From Eledone cirrhosa (Eukaryota), in contig OZ024742.1 of the NCBI GenBank assembly GCA_964016885.1, positions 42,284,001-42,348,000 of the forward strand: a stretch of 64,000 nucleotides of DNA. The letters run 5' to 3'. The translations under genes and the position numbers were made by a program. This document shows, piece after piece, positions 25,551-39,589 of this stretch (its first letter is position 1; every line of letters starts with the position of its first letter). Below the pieces are notes generated by a model. That model worked only from the letters and a program-made list of their open reading frames with translations, searched no databases and was not told the DNA's origin.

Positions 25551-27068
25551 TGTAAACAGCTTTGTATCATAGAACCAGGTGTGGTTTGACATCAAAAGGT
25601 GGTAGTGCTGGTGCCGCAAAAAAAAAAGAACCTGGTCTTCCCTGTAAGGTAGTTGGTATTAAGAAGAGCATCCAGTCACAGAAAACTGATTGACACCTGC
25701 ATGACCTTATAATGTGATAACCCATGCAAACATAGAAAATAGACGTGATGATGATGCTGTAGATCAACTGTTTTATAGGAGACTAATACTACCATCATTT
25801 GGTGCAGTCCACATAACATCTGCAATTGAAATGTGAAAAATAGTAACTAAGAGTACTTGAAAGTTCATATGCCAAATTTACTGATGACACATGCAACTAG
25901 TCACATGATATTGTCATTTAACTATGACCTTTGACACAAGTGACAATGATAAGGTCACACCAAAAATACAATAACTGTAGATCTGTATTTTATCATGTTT
26001 CTCACAGCTCTATTTATAAGTAACTGTTTAATGGATGCAGACAAGTCTTTATGGTTAAGAAAGTTACTCGGCAACCATATTGTCCTAGGTTCAATGACCT
26101 TGGACAAAGTCTCTCCCACTATAAGTTTTAGGTTGACTAGTGCTTGCTGTCAGTGGAATTTAGAAGATGGAAACTGTGCAGAAGTCTGTCATATACACAT
26201 ATGCTTTTTATTCTTTTACAGGTTTCAGTCATTAGACTGTAGCCAGGCTAAGCCTTGAAGGGATTTAGTCAATCATTGTACTTATTTTTTTTCAAGTCTA
26301 ATACTTATTTTAGCAATTGCTTTGTGACTGAAGGGAGTCTTTTTATATATATATATATATATAAATTATATATTATAACGACTTATAAATTATATATATA
26401 AATTATATATTATAACGACTTATAAATATTTATATAAATATATATATATATGTCTAACCCATCCAAGTGTGGAAAGTGGATCTTAAACGATGATGAGATA
26501 TATATATATGATATATAAAAACCTCCTTCGATCACAAATGACCATGCAGTTTTCACCTAGAAAGTTCCTCTCAAAGACACAAGACCAGCAGTCACCCATG
26601 CATACCAGTCTCCCGTCTCCACACCACTGATGTTGTCCAAGGGAAAGGTAAAAGCCGATATAGCTTGGCACCAGTGACATCACAACTCATTTCTATAGCT
26701 TAATGAATTGGATCAACATGAAATAAAGTGTTTTGCTCAAGGACACAACACATCACCCAGTCTGGGAATCAAACATACAATCTCATAATTGTGAATCTAA
26801 TGCTCTAACCACTAAGCCACGTGAGTCCACATACACCTTCCCCACCCATGTCCCCAGCCCACACTGTAAAGTGGCCTTGTAGGTGTCAAGGCAAGAAGTG
26901 CCCAGCCAAAACTGTAAATGTGATTGGCATTAGGAAGGGCATCTAGCCATAGAAACCAAGCCAGAACCAGTTGTTTGAGCAAGACAGAGACACCTGATCT
27001 GACTTGTCTTACAACAGGACAACTCATATAACCCATGCTAGACATTAAATGGTGATGATGATGATGAT

Positions 27069-27102
<34 letters not shown>

Positions 27103-28510
27103 CCAGACTCTTTTGCTATCAGAAATGCAGTGAAACAGTGATTAACCATTAGAAATGTGCAACTAACGATGCTATTGTTTACTAATTGTAATATAAAATA
27201 TAATAAATACTAAATAATAAATCTCAGAGCTAACAAAAATACAAAAAAGATACATTTTTTTGTATACAAAATAGTTTTCCATACATCTACTTCCAACCTA
27301 CATAAAAATGCAGATGTTCACAAACACACAACTGAGGTGAAATAAAATAAGAAATATTTCAGATTATGATTTACTATTTTCAGATCTACTAGTTGTCTTA
27401 TTAATTCGACAAAAAAAAAATGATATTTTTAGTCTTAATCACAAGGATTTGTTGGTGTTATAAATCGGTATCTTGGTGATTGAGTTTCAGTCGTTAATTA
27501 AGCAGATTATAAGATTATAAACCTTATGTGAGAGGTTGAAATTAAAAGCTTGAGGGATGGATGAGAGAGAGAGAGAGAGAGAGAGAGTATAATGCAGGCT
27601 TATTAGCTTATACCTAACTGTAAAAGCAATTGGCCAATGTATAAATATAATGGATAAGGAATATATAGGAAATCTCTGTAATGAATCTGTAGCAGAATTT
27701 AATCTTAAACAAACAGAATAATGAAAATATAGAACTGTCCAAGTAACCAGAGGCTTTAGATTTTAAGTAGCAGCTGGATCTTTCAAATTTCTAAGGAGAT
27801 AATCTTCTCAGTGTGAAATATTCACGCTTATCTGTATGGAGAGAAGAGTATGCAGTAGAACAAAGGAAATATGAACTGAACTCAATCTTAAATTATTGTA
27901 AGCATTAGTGTGCATGAAATAATTCCCTATATACTTATTTACTATGTAATCAATCCAGGTATTTGATGACTGAAAATGATACACAATGGCCAGTCAATTC
28001 AAAGGCAATCTATAATCTGATTTCCCTGCAGGTTCAGATGATTTTGTGTGGGAGTGATTGAGGAAATGTTTTATATTGTATTGTAGTCATCTGATCAGAC
28101 TAGCTTCAAAATGTGACAACCCATCTAATCCATGCAAGCATGGAAAATAGATGTTATATATACACTTCAACAGCATTCTAATAAATATTATCTGTAAAGG
28201 TAATCAAAGTCATCATCATCATCATCACCGTTTTACGTCCGTTCTTCCACGCTAGCATGGGTTAGACGGGTTGTCCTGTTGTGTGCAGTGTCTGGTCGGC
28301 TGACCATGCCTTGCTCATACAGGAACTGATCTGGCTTGATTTCTACAGCTGGATGCCCTTCCTAACACCAACCTCATTTACAGTGAGTGCTGGGTGCTTT
28401 TTCGTGGCGCCTACACGTCCACTTTACAGTGTGGGCTGGGTGCTTTTTTGCCGTGGCACCTCCACGACCACCTTGCGGTGGGGGGTGTGGGGGCATATTG
28501 TTTATATGCT

Positions 28511-29677
28511 TCAGCATGTACCCATGGGAGGTCGGGTACTCTGTATTACTGCGTGACGCCAGAAGTCACGGTTGTGTGTCATTGTCTTTGAGAGGTGTAA
28601 TTGGGTAAGGTCGGCTTTTATCACCTCATCCCAGGTCATCTTGGGTCTCCCCACTCCGCGGTTTCCATCAACTTCTAGTGCTCTGCACCTTTTTATGCAG
28701 CTGTCATCCTTCATACGCATCACATGTCCATACCAGCGCAACCGCCTCTCCTGCACACAGCATTTGATTCCTCTTATGCTCAGTCTCTCTCTCAATTCAT
28801 TTATGCTTTGTCGTTCACGTATATTACTGTTACACATCCATCGGAGTATGCAGGCTTCGTTTCTCTCTAATCTACGTAAGTCTTCCACCTTCAGCACCCA
28901 GGTCTCACTACCATGCAACATCGGTGTTCGGATACACGCATCATACAGTCTGCCTTTCATTCTGAGGGAGAAGCCTTTTGCAGCTAGCAGTGGTAGTAGT
29001 TCCCTAAACTTCTTCCATCCCGTTCTTACCCTAGTTATTGTACTTTCTGAACACCCACCTCCGTTGCTAATTCGGTCACCTAGGTAGCAGAAGCTGTCTA
29101 CTGTTTCTACAGGGCCCTCCCAGAGATTGGTGGTACTTGTTTCCTGTGGCTGTTTGCTGCTTGCTGTTTCAGCACAGCTGCTGCATGTGAATCCTACATT
29201 CTTAATTAAGCTTCCTGAGATCCCGCTACATCTCTTGTGTACCCATTGTTTGCATTTGGGGCAGAGAATGGAGTTCCTACCTACACCTTTCCTACATACT
29301 GAGCAAGGCCATTTCCCTGAGGGGATCTGGGTTCTGCTTTCTCGTCTACTTACAAGGACCTTAGTCTTTGTCATGTTGACTTTGAGACCCTTTCTCTCTA
29401 GTCCCTGCTTCCAGGTTTGGAATTTATTCTCTAGTTCTATCATAGATTCAGCTATGAGTGCGAGGTCATCAGCATACAGGAGTTCCCATGGGCATCCGGT
29501 CTTAAATTCCTCCGTTATTGCCTGCAGGACTATGATGAACAGGAGAGGGCTAAGAACAGAGCCCTGGTGGACCCCAACCTGTACGCTAAATTCCTCGCTA
29601 TACTCATTGCTCATCCTAACTTTGCTGACTGCTCCCCTATACATGGCTTGTACCGCTTTCACAAGCCATTCATACAT
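28511..29677 (-). mobile_element. 5'-truncated RTE-clade LINE with an open 388-aa RT and C-terminal ORF, in EMC10 intron 1
   Basis: GVHQGSVLSPLLF, LLYADDLAL, GLKVNMTKTK, Cys-rich insert CSVC...CPKC..WVHKRC...CSSC, FCYLGD, GSETW, RRLRWYGHV, GRPKMTW. Adjacent 28210-28480 is a SINE body with a (CAT)n tail. Confidence 0.92.
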
Positions 29678-29713
29678 ACAAGTATGTATACATTTTTGGA
29701 GGACAACCTATGT

Positions 29714-29750
<37 letters not shown>

Positions 29751-30269
29751 CAATGATATTAAATAAATGGAAACTATATTTATAAAACCATATTTATTTT
29801 ATTATATATATTTCAAGGGTACCAAAAAACTTTGGTACGCTTTCTTCAGATAAAATACAAAATTTGTTTTATAAATAGAGACATACCCAGGAAAATCATA
29901 CCTTATCAGTTGATCCAACTGATAAGGTTTGATTGCCATACCTTGCTCATAAGCAGATCCGTATTTGGAAGCTGAGTGGAGTCATTATGATGAAGGTCTG
30001 GCCAGTTGGCCACGTCAAACCTTGCTCATAGTGGAACCTGTGTTTTGACTGGGATTTTTACAGCTGCTGGATGAGGCAAATCTGGCCAGTTGGCCACGCC
30101 ATGATGTCCGTCTTAACACCAACCATGTTTACAGTGTGGAACTGGGTGGTACCGTTATGGGAGAGGTCCGGCTAGTTGGTCGTGCTATACCTTGTTCGTA
30201 ACAGGATCATGTTTTGGCTGGGTTTTTATGACTGATGGATGCCCTTCCTCAGAACAAACCATGTTTTTA

Positions 30270-30810
30270 TACAGTTGTCATCCTTCTTGCACATCACATG
30301 CCCATACCATTGCAGTCTTCTCTCAGGCACACAGCATTTGATCCCTCTTATGCCCATTTTCCCTCTCAATTCATTCAGGCACTCTACTGTTACACATCCA
30401 AGCTTTATTTCTTTCTAATCTATGTAGATCCTCGGTGCACAATGCCCAGGTTTCACTTCCACGTAGCATTGCTGTTCACACACAAGCATCATACAGCTTG
30501 CCTTTTATCTTGAGTGAGAAACCTTTTCTAGTTAGCAGTGGCAGCAGCTCCCTGAACTTTTTCTATCGTGTCCTTACTCTGGCAACTGTACTTTATGAGC
30601 TCCCACCACCACTGCTGATTTGGTTTTCCAGGTAGCAGAAACTATTAACTAGTTCTATGGAGTCCTCTGTGCATTTAAAAGAGCTTGTTTCCAGTGGGTT
30701 CTTGCTTACTGCAACATCCACATATGAAGTCTATGTTCTTTGATAGCCTTCTTGATTTCCTGTAACATCTCTTGTGTATCTGCAATTTGCATTTGTTTTC
30801 CAGATGGTGT
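30270..30810 (-). mobile_element. Degenerate RTE LINE fragment
   Basis: Colinear similarity to 28715-29330 (e.g. CTAGTTAGCAGTGGCAGCAGCTCCCTGAACTT, AGGTAGCAGAA). Confidence 0.75.
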
Positions 30811-32988
30811 GGGACAGAACAAAGGACACAAAATAACAACAAAAGTAGTCACTGAGGAGTCACAGAATGTGTGATGAAAAAGTTTTGACAATTAATAACT
30901 AAACAACCATCAGGTTATTAAACTAATCAAATGGGAAATTATAATAATAAACTGAAGTGAAATCCAACAAGTGCATGTGTTTTTTATTGGCAGCATGACT
31001 CTCTCAAAGTATAACAATCTATAACAATAATATATATATGCATAAATATGTGTATGTGTCTGTCTGTCTGTCACTTCTCACCCACTTTAGAGCATGTGGT
31101 GATATTTGTTTACGTTCTGCGTAAACAGGTTCACCGGTTAGACATGTGAAGATCTGAATTGAGTCTACCACCTATATAGGCCATATCAGGATTTGAATTC
31201 AGAATGAAAGAAACCAAAACAAATTCGACAATCCACCATCCTGGACTGGTACTTTATTTTATTAAGCTGATCTACATGATAAATGTACCCAGTACACTCT
31301 GTAAAGTGATTGATGATAGGAAGGACTCTTCAGTTGTGTCAAAGACATAACACAACAACTAGTGCTGGTGCTATGACAAAATGTACTCGGTAGAGCATGG
31401 GAATGTATGAGATGCGAGCCCTGGTTTCTGTGTGAGCACTTAGTAGAGTGAGGGGAGATATGTAAGCGAGATGCAGGACATAGCCCATTTGCGAGGTCAC
31501 TAACTTTGCTTGAGTGCTGACATGGTCTGTTCAACCCTTACTAACAGAGAAAATGGATGCTAAATAATAATGATAAAGATGACCTTGGCTGGATTTGAAC
31601 TCAGAGTGTACAGGGTCAGAACAAACACTACAAAATAGTTTTGTCCTACCCACTAACAACTCTGCCAATTTGGCTTATTTCAGAATTAGTGAGACATCAC
31701 ATTGATGAATTGGCAGAAAATACCAACAGTAATCTCGTCACCTCTACTTACGAGTTCAAATTCCACTGAATTCGATTTTACCTTTTACCTTTTCAGGAGG
31801 AGGGGCTCAATAAAATAGGTGTCAAGTATGTATTAGAGTCGATTCAAATCAACTTTGCCTAACCACTAAAAATTAATGGCCTTTCTTGTACTAGTATAAG
31901 AAAATATTATTAATGAGATGTCGTTGGGGTTTTATAATACCACAAGGGTTACTGCACACTGTATTGGGATCGAGTTGTTTTTTGTTTATTCCTTGGTGAG
32001 CTTTGAAAAAGTAGACCTATATGCAAAAATGTTTAGCTATGCTCATTCCATCTTTTTGTATATCTAGAAAGAACTACATTATGGAATGATTTAAAACAAA
32101 CTGTATGATGTGACTTGGGGAAGATTCAGTTACTATTTCTAGCAGCTAGAATGACACCGTACAGGCTTGTTGGCTCATATTCTGTTAATATTGAGCTATT
32201 TTTTTCCCAACTATTTGAAAATAGGTATTACAAGCTAGTCGTTTGAGTAATCTAAGTTGTGTATTGACTCGAAGCTTCGAGCTTATCGTAAGAAACCTAG
32301 CCTACTTACACACACACCCATCAATTTATCTTCCGTTTGATCTTGATATCTATTTTATATAAAAAATTTAATTCAAATATTGTATTTAGAAGCTCCAGAC
32401 TTATAGAGTAGGCCTAGTATAAAATAAATTTTCTAGACAATGTTAATTACTATCATTTATTAACTTTACATAACTCTTGTATTCACCTACTCGTGGTTTG
32501 GCATCAAATTGGTTTTATAAACATTCACGAATTCATAATAATAAATCATTTGATCAAATTGCATTATTTAATATTTAATCACTTTATCTATTTAACATTA
32601 ACTTATATGAATATACATATATATATCATTATTTAATGTAGAAATGGCTTCTACAGGACTAAAACTGTTTCATTCATATGGAATCATCAGGAATATATAT
32701 ATAATGAGATTAACACAACAATCAATAATTGTCATTTGATTGATTTGTAAATAGGTGAATAACATTTTAATCATAGAGTGTTTAGAGATTTATAAATGAT
32801 GCAATTCTTCAAAACGTTCAGCATATTCAATTGCAAATTCCATGGTATAAAGAATATGCGATAAGGATGCCGGTTTGAACACTTTTTAAAATACTATCAA
32901 ACAGAGTTTTTCTTGTGGAAGGGAAATGTGAATTGCTATACGTGAAATAGAAACCAAAAAAAAGAGCATCAAGTAAAAATTTACTTAC

Positions 32989-33060
32989 AAAGGATGATAC
33001 TGAAGCTACAGAAAATATTAAAAGAATACAGAGCATGTTTACATCTAAGTAAGCTGCCAT
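32989..33060 (-). CDS. EMC10: EMC10 exon 1 (signal peptide)
   Basis: ATG GCA...TTT|gtaagt; MAAYLDVNMLCILLIFSVASVSSF, hydrophobic signal peptide; seven exons total 720 nt = 239 aa + stop. Confidence 0.88.
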
Positions 33061-33367
33061 CTTGATTTGTGCAGCCTACTTTAATGAACCAATCAAAGAA
33101 CCTGAAAGAGATAAATTAAACATTTTCGACTAATCAACGTTGACGTTACAAAAGCTTAATTTTTCAGCTGTAAAGGATGGATGAGAAGGTTCCATAGACA
33201 TTCGTTTGCAAGTGCCCTCCGACTAGTTTACCCAAAGATGGTAGCGACAATACCTAAAAAACCCACGATGAATTCGAATTAATTCATTTATTTTTTATTG
33301 GTTTACGATTGTACAATAACATTTAGCAGAGCAAGAAGTTGTTATTATTTGATTCAATTAATCCAGA
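33061..33367. promoter_or_regulatory. Putative bidirectional promoter and 5' UTRs shared by EMC10 and the SDR gene
   Basis: Divergent ATGs 307 bp apart; repeat-free; CCAAT near 33089, ATTGG near 33297, TGACGT at 33141, YY1-like AAGATGG on both strands (over the EMC10 ATG and near 33235). Confidence 0.7.
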
Positions 33368-33662
33368 ATGGATTTCGATCTAACAGGCGAAAACAGTGAT
33401 TACATGTTTTACTCGTTGCTCTACTGCAGTGTCACCATCGTTTTTGCTACGGCAGTACTGACTAAATTCCTCACCAATGAGATACGTTTCGGTTTCCGCT
33501 CTTTTTTAAGTTTGGTCACATTGTTTCTCGGTGAACCATTGTGCCAATTCCTTGTCAAAGGTCCTCATGGAGTTGGAACCTTCGCTTTGGCATGTATGTT
33601 GGTCTACTGGATTTTACCAGCGAGCCGCCTACCCGCTAAAGACAAAGCTGTCCTTATCACTG
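33368..33662 (+). CDS. SDR9C-like short-chain dehydrogenase (17-beta-HSD2/RDH/BDH1-like), exon 1 with N-terminal hydrophobic segments
   Basis: MDFDLTG...LPAKDKAVLITG; ACT G|gtacgt donor; joins exon 2 to form the KAVLITGCDSGFG Rossmann motif. Confidence 0.9.
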
Positions 33663-33828
33663 GTACGTAAATCAAAACTCATTTCGACTAATTACTTTGA
33701 AACATGCACTCACTGATACCTTATTAATGCGTGCATCGTTATGTAGTATTTTACTTCTTACTACCGTATATATATCTTGAATATCTATTTCTACTCTCCT
33801 TCCAGATTTGATTATATTCTTCCACTTT

Positions 33829-33865
<37 letters not shown>

Positions 33866-33949
33866 TGAGTATTTCAACTGTGAGAATTAAATATTGTTAG
33901 AGAACGATCAGGGAACATAAACAACAATCTTCAAGTTACATATTTTTAA

Positions 33950-34600
33950 TGAAATTTGAAAACAAATTGCGTTCTAAATAACCCAAGTAAACATTAATAT
34001 GGCTTCTCTCGACAACACTTCTGTTGTTCTGTGTTTAACATGCATTTGTTTTATCGGGTATACTCAGAGTATGCTTTATTTTCAGGGGTTAAACTTTACA
34101 TGGTTCCACATAACTATTATATCTTTTGCATCATGAAATTTTTTGGGAATTATATGGGCTGTACAGCTTGTAGAAATCCCATAGCTAGTTAGGAATTGTT
34201 TCAACTCGGTAGACACGAAGGAGCTCCCTTCCCCATCTAAATAAATAAACGATGGCATTCCAAACATAGAAGAGGTGAATTAGGCACTTTCTAAGTACTT
34301 GTAGTACGGCATAAATAGGCGAATGAAAAACAAGAAAATCCGTTGATTATAGTTGATATATATTCGCATCATTAGAACGAAGAAGTGTCCTTTCAAAGTT
34401 TATTTACTAACGTTCAAATGGATGGGTATTTTGTTTTTCTTAAGAGTTTTTCGGACGATCAAAGTTAGGTGTAATTTCATTACATAGTAATTGGTGCAGA
34501 CTCGTATTTCTTCAATAGAACACGGAAGGATACGTACCCTTGTAAAACGAAGCATTCTTTTACAAGTGTCTAAACTAAGACATAAATAGTTGAAAAGGAA
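33950..34600 (-). pseudogene. Highly degenerate Gypsy-type integrase relic
   Basis: MFGMPSFIYLD..GSSFVSTELKQFLTSYGISTS resembles the rve core (FGxPxxIxSDxGxxF); upstream PFER..INF remnant. Confidence 0.65.
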
Positions 34601-35894
34601 AAGAATGTTTAAAACTGCTGATAGATACTTTTACCTGAACAATTGGACTTTATATTTTAATCCTTACACACACATGTTGTTTTGTTTTGTTATTGTTTTA
34701 ATTTCTTGAATTGCTTATTTCAGACCTAGAAATCATGTAGATTTGTAGTTGTCGAAGGAGAACTTTTGATTCTCCAGCGTAGGATTTTCTCATCCTCCTC
34801 GTCGGGGTTTTTATTGTTGAACATGAATGAAACAGAACTTTGATTTGTCACTAAAAATATTTTATGAGAAAATACTCTTATTTTATCTCAGTTTATGTAG
34901 TTGCATGAGCTTTTTCGACCATGTGAATATCTAGTTTTTTTTTCTCCATCATTATCTAAGGATCTTGAGAAAAATACCACTAGTCTACTACCGTGTTTTA
35001 ATGTTGCAGCAATAGTTTCGCTGCTATCATCATCATGATTTAGGTGCTGCTGCAATATTACCATACGGTGGTTGACCTGTAAACATGCTTTGATGGTTAG
35101 GTGGGCAGTCTAATTCCCTAGCGAATGTTTTTACTAACTTCTTTGGTTAACTTTTTAAAAATTTATTTTTGTTCTTATTTTGGTGAAGAAAAGTAAAATC
35201 AAGATTTCAAGGAATGTATTTTGGTTTTTATAAACTCCATGAAAAAATAAAATATGAGGGTGCCCCATTGAAAAGTAATGGGTCAGTCTTATCCACGGAC
35301 CCGCCTCTATTATCTGTTTTAATAACAACAGCTGCCTTATTTAATATAATTTTAAATAGAATTAGTAAATTTTATAGCGTCATCAAAAAGAGAAATTTGC
35401 ACCGACTGTAATTTTCGGAGAGTAGGAAGAGATCCATTTGGCGAAGTACGCGAACAACCCAAACACCCGTTGTAATTCTGAGTTATAGATAGCTATATCT
35501 AGCTCCTCAAGAAGTCAAAGGCCTCTTGGACCAGGACATAATTCTTCATATAAAACTAGTTGATTCAAGAGGTTAATAGGTGTTAAATTACATTTATATT
35601 TGTTTGTTTATGGTCATATAACTGCATTAGGCAACTTTAAAAGAAAACCTTTGAAAGGTTGGTATTGTGCTCTGATTTTATTTCATCACAAAGTAGAAAG
35701 AAAAAAATCCATCGCTGAATAGGCACATGTAAAATTATTTTCGTGGATAAATTCATTCACGACTCGCCAAGGTCCGTGGGAAATAAATAGAATTCAAGCT
35801 GCTGCTGCTTGGAAAGCTAGGTGTATGGCCTTCCGCAGGTGTTATAGTAACTTGACAAGTGTTACTCAGATCAGTTGTACTATATTTGTCTTAA

Positions 35895-35948
<54 letters not shown>

Positions 35949-35959
35949 GAAAGATCAAC

Positions 35960-37680
35960 AAAAGAAGTATTGTCAGACCTTCTGCCGACTGCATAGTAAG
36001 AGGTCTCCGCAACGCCTGTTATCAGGAACTTGTCTGGGGTTCTTCTCTTTGAAGAGAGGTGCATCTTCGCAAGGCGGAAAGAATACTTTACTGATCCCCT
36101 AAATCTGATTACAACAATATCTGAAGATGCTGAGGTCACCAGAGCAATGAAAGCGATCAAATATTGCATCTGGGGAAGATGCTATTTAGTCCGAGATGTT
36201 AAAAGCCTTAAATAGAAAAGGTATGCTCTGGCTGACTCGTGTGCCAAGTGGCTTGGATCTCTGGAAAGGTACAAAGCAATGGTAATCGAGAGGGATAATC
36301 CCAAATTTTAAAAAGGGAGACGAGAGACTGCTCTAATCATAGAGGAGTCTATGTTAAGTGTCTGGCAGAGATGTAAAGATTTTGTCGAGTCCAAGCTAGC
36401 TGATGAACAGTATGGTGTTCACCCCTGTTGTAACACAGCCAACCAAATATTCACATTGCGGCAGTTATTTGAGAAGTCGTGGGAGTATTGCAAAGAGGTA
36501 TAAGATTGTTTTGTGGACCTCAAAAAGGCATATAACTGCGTCCCACGGGACTTGTGGAAGGTTTTGCAGAAGTATGGGATCGACAGATAAATAATTGTTT
36601 CTACTTTAGGCACAAGGCCAGCAATTACCCAGTTCATTACTGGTACTTTATTTTATCGACCCCGTAAGGATGAAAGGCAAAGTCAACCTCGGCGGGATTT
36701 GAACTCAGATCGTAAAGGGACGTAACTATGCTGGAAAACATGGCGTCCGACCCTCTACCTACTCTGCCAATCCACCGACAGATAAATAATGCTAAGTCGT
36801 AACAATTCAATGTTGGACTCCACCTAAGGTGCATATTGTCACTTCTCTTGTTTATAATTTTCATGGATAGGATTCATATATGCAGCTGGGTTGGAAGTTG
36901 TGTCAAGACTGGCGGATGTAGGATTAATTGGCTGGAATTTGCAGACACAGTATTACTTAACTCGTAGGAAGGGGATCTGTGACATGCACTGGGTTGGCTT
37001 GCTGACAAGTGCTATACGACAGAAATGAAAATCAGTGCTATGAAAAGCTTGTGCAGTGCACCCTACATGTGAGTGGGATTCTTCTGAAGAAGATGAAGTT
37101 AAAATATCTTGTGGCCATTTTGACGGGTGACAAAAGGCAGGAGACTAAATTAAATGGAAGAATTGCTAGTGCTACTGTTGTAATGTGCCAGCTTCCGCAT
37201 TACAGTTATCAGAAGGGAGAAAGTTATAAAAAGCCAAACTAGCTAATTTCAATTCCGCATCCATGTTTGCTCTTACTTATTGTAATGAATTTTGAGTAAT
37301 GACCAGCAAGTGGCCTAAATGGGGTTCTTCCAAAGGGTCTTTGGAGCAATGTTACTTGATAGGGTATGTAGCTCGGAGATCAGAGAGTCACTCCAAGTAG
37401 AACTGCTACTTCTCCGAATTGAGAGATTACAGCTCCGATACTGCGAGCATGTGGTTAGAATGTCTCAGGAAATAATCTCTTGACAAATTTTATAGGTGAA
37501 ACCAACTGGCTGGAGACCTACGAGTTGACCCTGAGTAAGATGGTTGGATAACATCCATAAGCTCCACTAGTCCTGCTTGGGGATCCAGCTGGATCATTTA
37601 GAGACAGTTACTTCTGATAGGACCTTCTGGAAGATGTGTCTAAGGACTCTGCCTCCACAACCTTCCTAAGAATAGTGGGT
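35960..37680 (+). mobile_element. Degenerate RTE-superfamily LINE interrupted by a family-A SINE
   Basis: Broken RT motifs (DEQYG, QIFTLRQLFEK, CFVDLKKAY, KYL, LRYCEHVVRM, RWLDNI); SINE at 36596-36775 flanked by a 15-bp TSD CGACAGATAAATAAT (36581-36595, 36776-36790). Confidence 0.75.
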
Positions 37681-38267
37681 GAAGAAGAAAATATATTAAT
37701 CTCAAATGCAAAAAAAGAACTAAGCATAGCCTGTTGCTATAAATCAGACAAAATACTCCAATTGATGGAGAAAATCAGACAGAAAATCAGACAAAATACT
37801 CCAATTGATGGAGGGGGGGGGGGGACATTTAAGCCTTGTGGAGCTGATCCATCTTCAGGTCTGAACAGAGCTAAAAGTTTTGATGTTTTTGTTTCTGTAA
37901 ATTCTCCTTTCACATTGTTTCTGCAGAGGTTGGTTGCAACAGGTTTGGAGTGAGATTTAAAAAAAAAGTTTAGCACATTCCCCTTAGCATGTATATAACC
38001 ACAAATTAAAAAGTTATAAATCAATAAAAAAAAGTTCTGATACATAATAATTCAAATTTCTTTTATGTACCACACACACACAGTTGAGTTAATCATGTAA
38101 TTTTGACAAATGACATTTTCTGATGAGCCTGTAATCTATGAGAATTTCAACTACCTTGCTTCTGAGTTTCGTCATTATCATAGGATGTCGATGAAGCTCA
38201 GGGACAGAATATAGATTTTCCAGAGAAATACACCTGTGTTGATTCACTGGACAAGTTGTTTTTATTA

Positions 38268-38302
<35 letters not shown>

Positions 38303-38531
38303 AATAACATTACAAATTGCTCTCAATTCTTTCAGAATAACATTATGAAATATGTTGTTGATAAACACAAATATAAACTTATATAACATAGTTAACTATT
38401 GCTAGGAACCTCACAAAAACAACGCACCAAAATATATGACCAGAGCAAGAGAAAGAAAAAAGGAGGAAAGAAAAACGACCATCAATTCACCACCAGGTGC
38501 AACAATCAGCCACACATCACAAGGGTAAGAT

Positions 38532-39000
38532 TGTTAGAAGGGTATTGTTTACACCTTCAACAATCTGCAATTTTAATTGAACTCAATTACGGAATGAAAA
38601 TAAAGCAAAACAAAATCTTCTTATTTTAGGGTTTACTGCAACAGATTGTTCAAATTTAACACTCTCCTTGTAAACATCAGTTGGAATTATAGGAGTTACT
38701 GGCATTTGATAGGGTTCTACATTAGATTCAACTAGTTTGAAAGACCTAGCATGTTGGGGAGATAACTAGACTAGTATAAAGCTTGGTGCTTTATCCAGCT
38801 TAACGTATAGATGATCTGCTCGGTGATAATGATGATGGATCCTCCATTGGTTTCGATGATGAACATTCAGTTGTTTGCTCATCTGGGTATGAGGTAGATG
38901 TCTCATTTGGGATGCACAGTCAATGACTCTTTCGCTTCTTCCCACATCCTGGATGCTATGGTACATGTCACTGCTTCCGTAACCAAACGGAGTAAAATTC
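38532..39000 (-). mobile_element. Possible LTR-retrotransposon 3' relic (PPT + ~130-bp LTR)
   Basis: Minus strand: purine run AAGGAGAG then TGTTA (38661) ... TAACA (38532); upstream GRSERV-like peptide typical of pol C-termini. Confidence 0.4.
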
Positions 39001-39589
39001 TAAAATACTGGGAATTATCGACAAACTATCTTTTCCATTAAATCGACCCCAGTGCATTACTGGTGCTTTATTTAATCAGCCTCGTAAGGATGAAAGGCAA
39101 AGCTAACCACAGTGAGATTTTAACTCAGAACGTAGAGGGCCATAACTCTATGTTGCAAAGCTTGGTGTCTGATGCTCTACCAATACTCTGATAATAATAA
39201 ATACAAATTTCTGCTTGGTGTTTTTGCTTCTGCAAATATATAAGTATTGTACTTAAATATTCAAATAAATAAACCATAAGATCAAATATTACAAGTTCAT
39301 ATCATTCCACTTTCATAAAAGAAATTATACCTCTCAACTATAAGCAATTTGCTACACTGCGTGCTCCTACAGTAATAGCTAAGAGTTGATAAAAAAATTA
39401 TTTGAGAATCAGTACTGATTTGAATCTCATCAAAGGTGCTGGTGCTATTTCAATCATCCCTCTGCTTATTACTGATTCATATTCCATCTTTGCTTAAGTT
39501 GTGAGGTCATCATTTTGTATAGAATAAGCATAGTATTAAATATGTTGGTAAGATAGACGACAAATTGGAAGAGGACATGGAATTTGAGG

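Noticed and set aside
28572-29756. Long plus-strand ORFs of 171 and 209 aa
   Set aside because: Antisense shadows of the RTE ORF with no independent motifs.
32660-32695. Minus-strand CTGATGA...GAAAC hammerhead-like motif
   Set aside because: Stem I cannot be paired with the sequence after the candidate GTC site; at most a relic.
37741-37813. 30-bp direct duplication AAATCAGACAAAATACTCCAATTGATGGAG with overlapping ~100-aa ORFs
   Set aside because: Simple local slippage-type duplication; the ORFs show no domain or splice support.
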